A stretch of DNA of 56,078 nt. Source: a virus. Taxonomy: Duplodnaviria > Caudoviricetes. The stretch covers positions 1 through 56,078 of the IMG/VR virus record IMGVR_UViG_3300028126_000005; one strand, 5' to 3'. Both the position numbers and the translations under genes were made by a program. Below, one piece after another: positions 55,962 to 56,078 of this stretch; the stretch's first letter is position 1, and every line of letters begins with the position of its first letter. The notes beneath the pieces were generated by a model, which saw only the letters and a program-made list of their open reading frames with translations, did no database searches and was not told the DNA's origin.

Positions 55962-55985
55962 ATCTATAACCGTTTTAATTTACCT

Positions 55986-56017
55986 TAATATATGAATAAT
56001 ATCTCGAATAGGCAACT
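55986..56017 (-). promoter_or_regulatory. Host-type promoter
   Basis: Sense AGTTG-N20-TATATTA upstream of the 55961 start. Confidence 0.68.
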
Positions 56018-56078
56018 ATCCTAAGCTTTTTACATTATCCGTAACGGTATCATTTATCTATTAAGAATACGGTAATCA

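Overview
56 kb of an AT-rich, tightly packed dsDNA tailed-phage genome with a T4-superfamily head and baseplate. Nearly all genes are on the minus strand, and the code is standard (TAG is used as a stop). Read right to left, the window holds: small membrane and hypothetical genes; a two-gene plus-strand modification cassette; T5orf172 nuclease, lipoprotein, HD hydrolase and gp55-like late sigma; a baseplate module; Thr/Pro mucin-like fibre proteins; a 2OG-oxygenase/glycosyltransferase-like/cupin cluster; primase and exonuclease; a kinase/nucleotidyltransferase/phosphatase trio; a block of probable head-internal proteins; terminase, portal, prohead protease, scaffold, major capsid and neck proteins; and a cadherin-repeat protein running off the left edge. 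TTG-N20-TAnnTTA promoters and the lack of Shine-Dalgarno sites point to a Bacteroidota host (inference). Most notable: (1) a shared MKLxxIIxE-type leader plus internal [LIVM]xE sites, suggesting a large protease-processed capsid cargo system that includes enzymes; (2) an unannotated 21-aa, 9-Cys metallothionein-like microprotein; (3) [ST]-G-S-rich and mucin-like virion proteins next to candidate modifying enzymes with similar C-terminal tails; (4) a late-promoter motif that is the reverse complement of the T4 one. All family calls are by-eye motif recognition; no searches were run.
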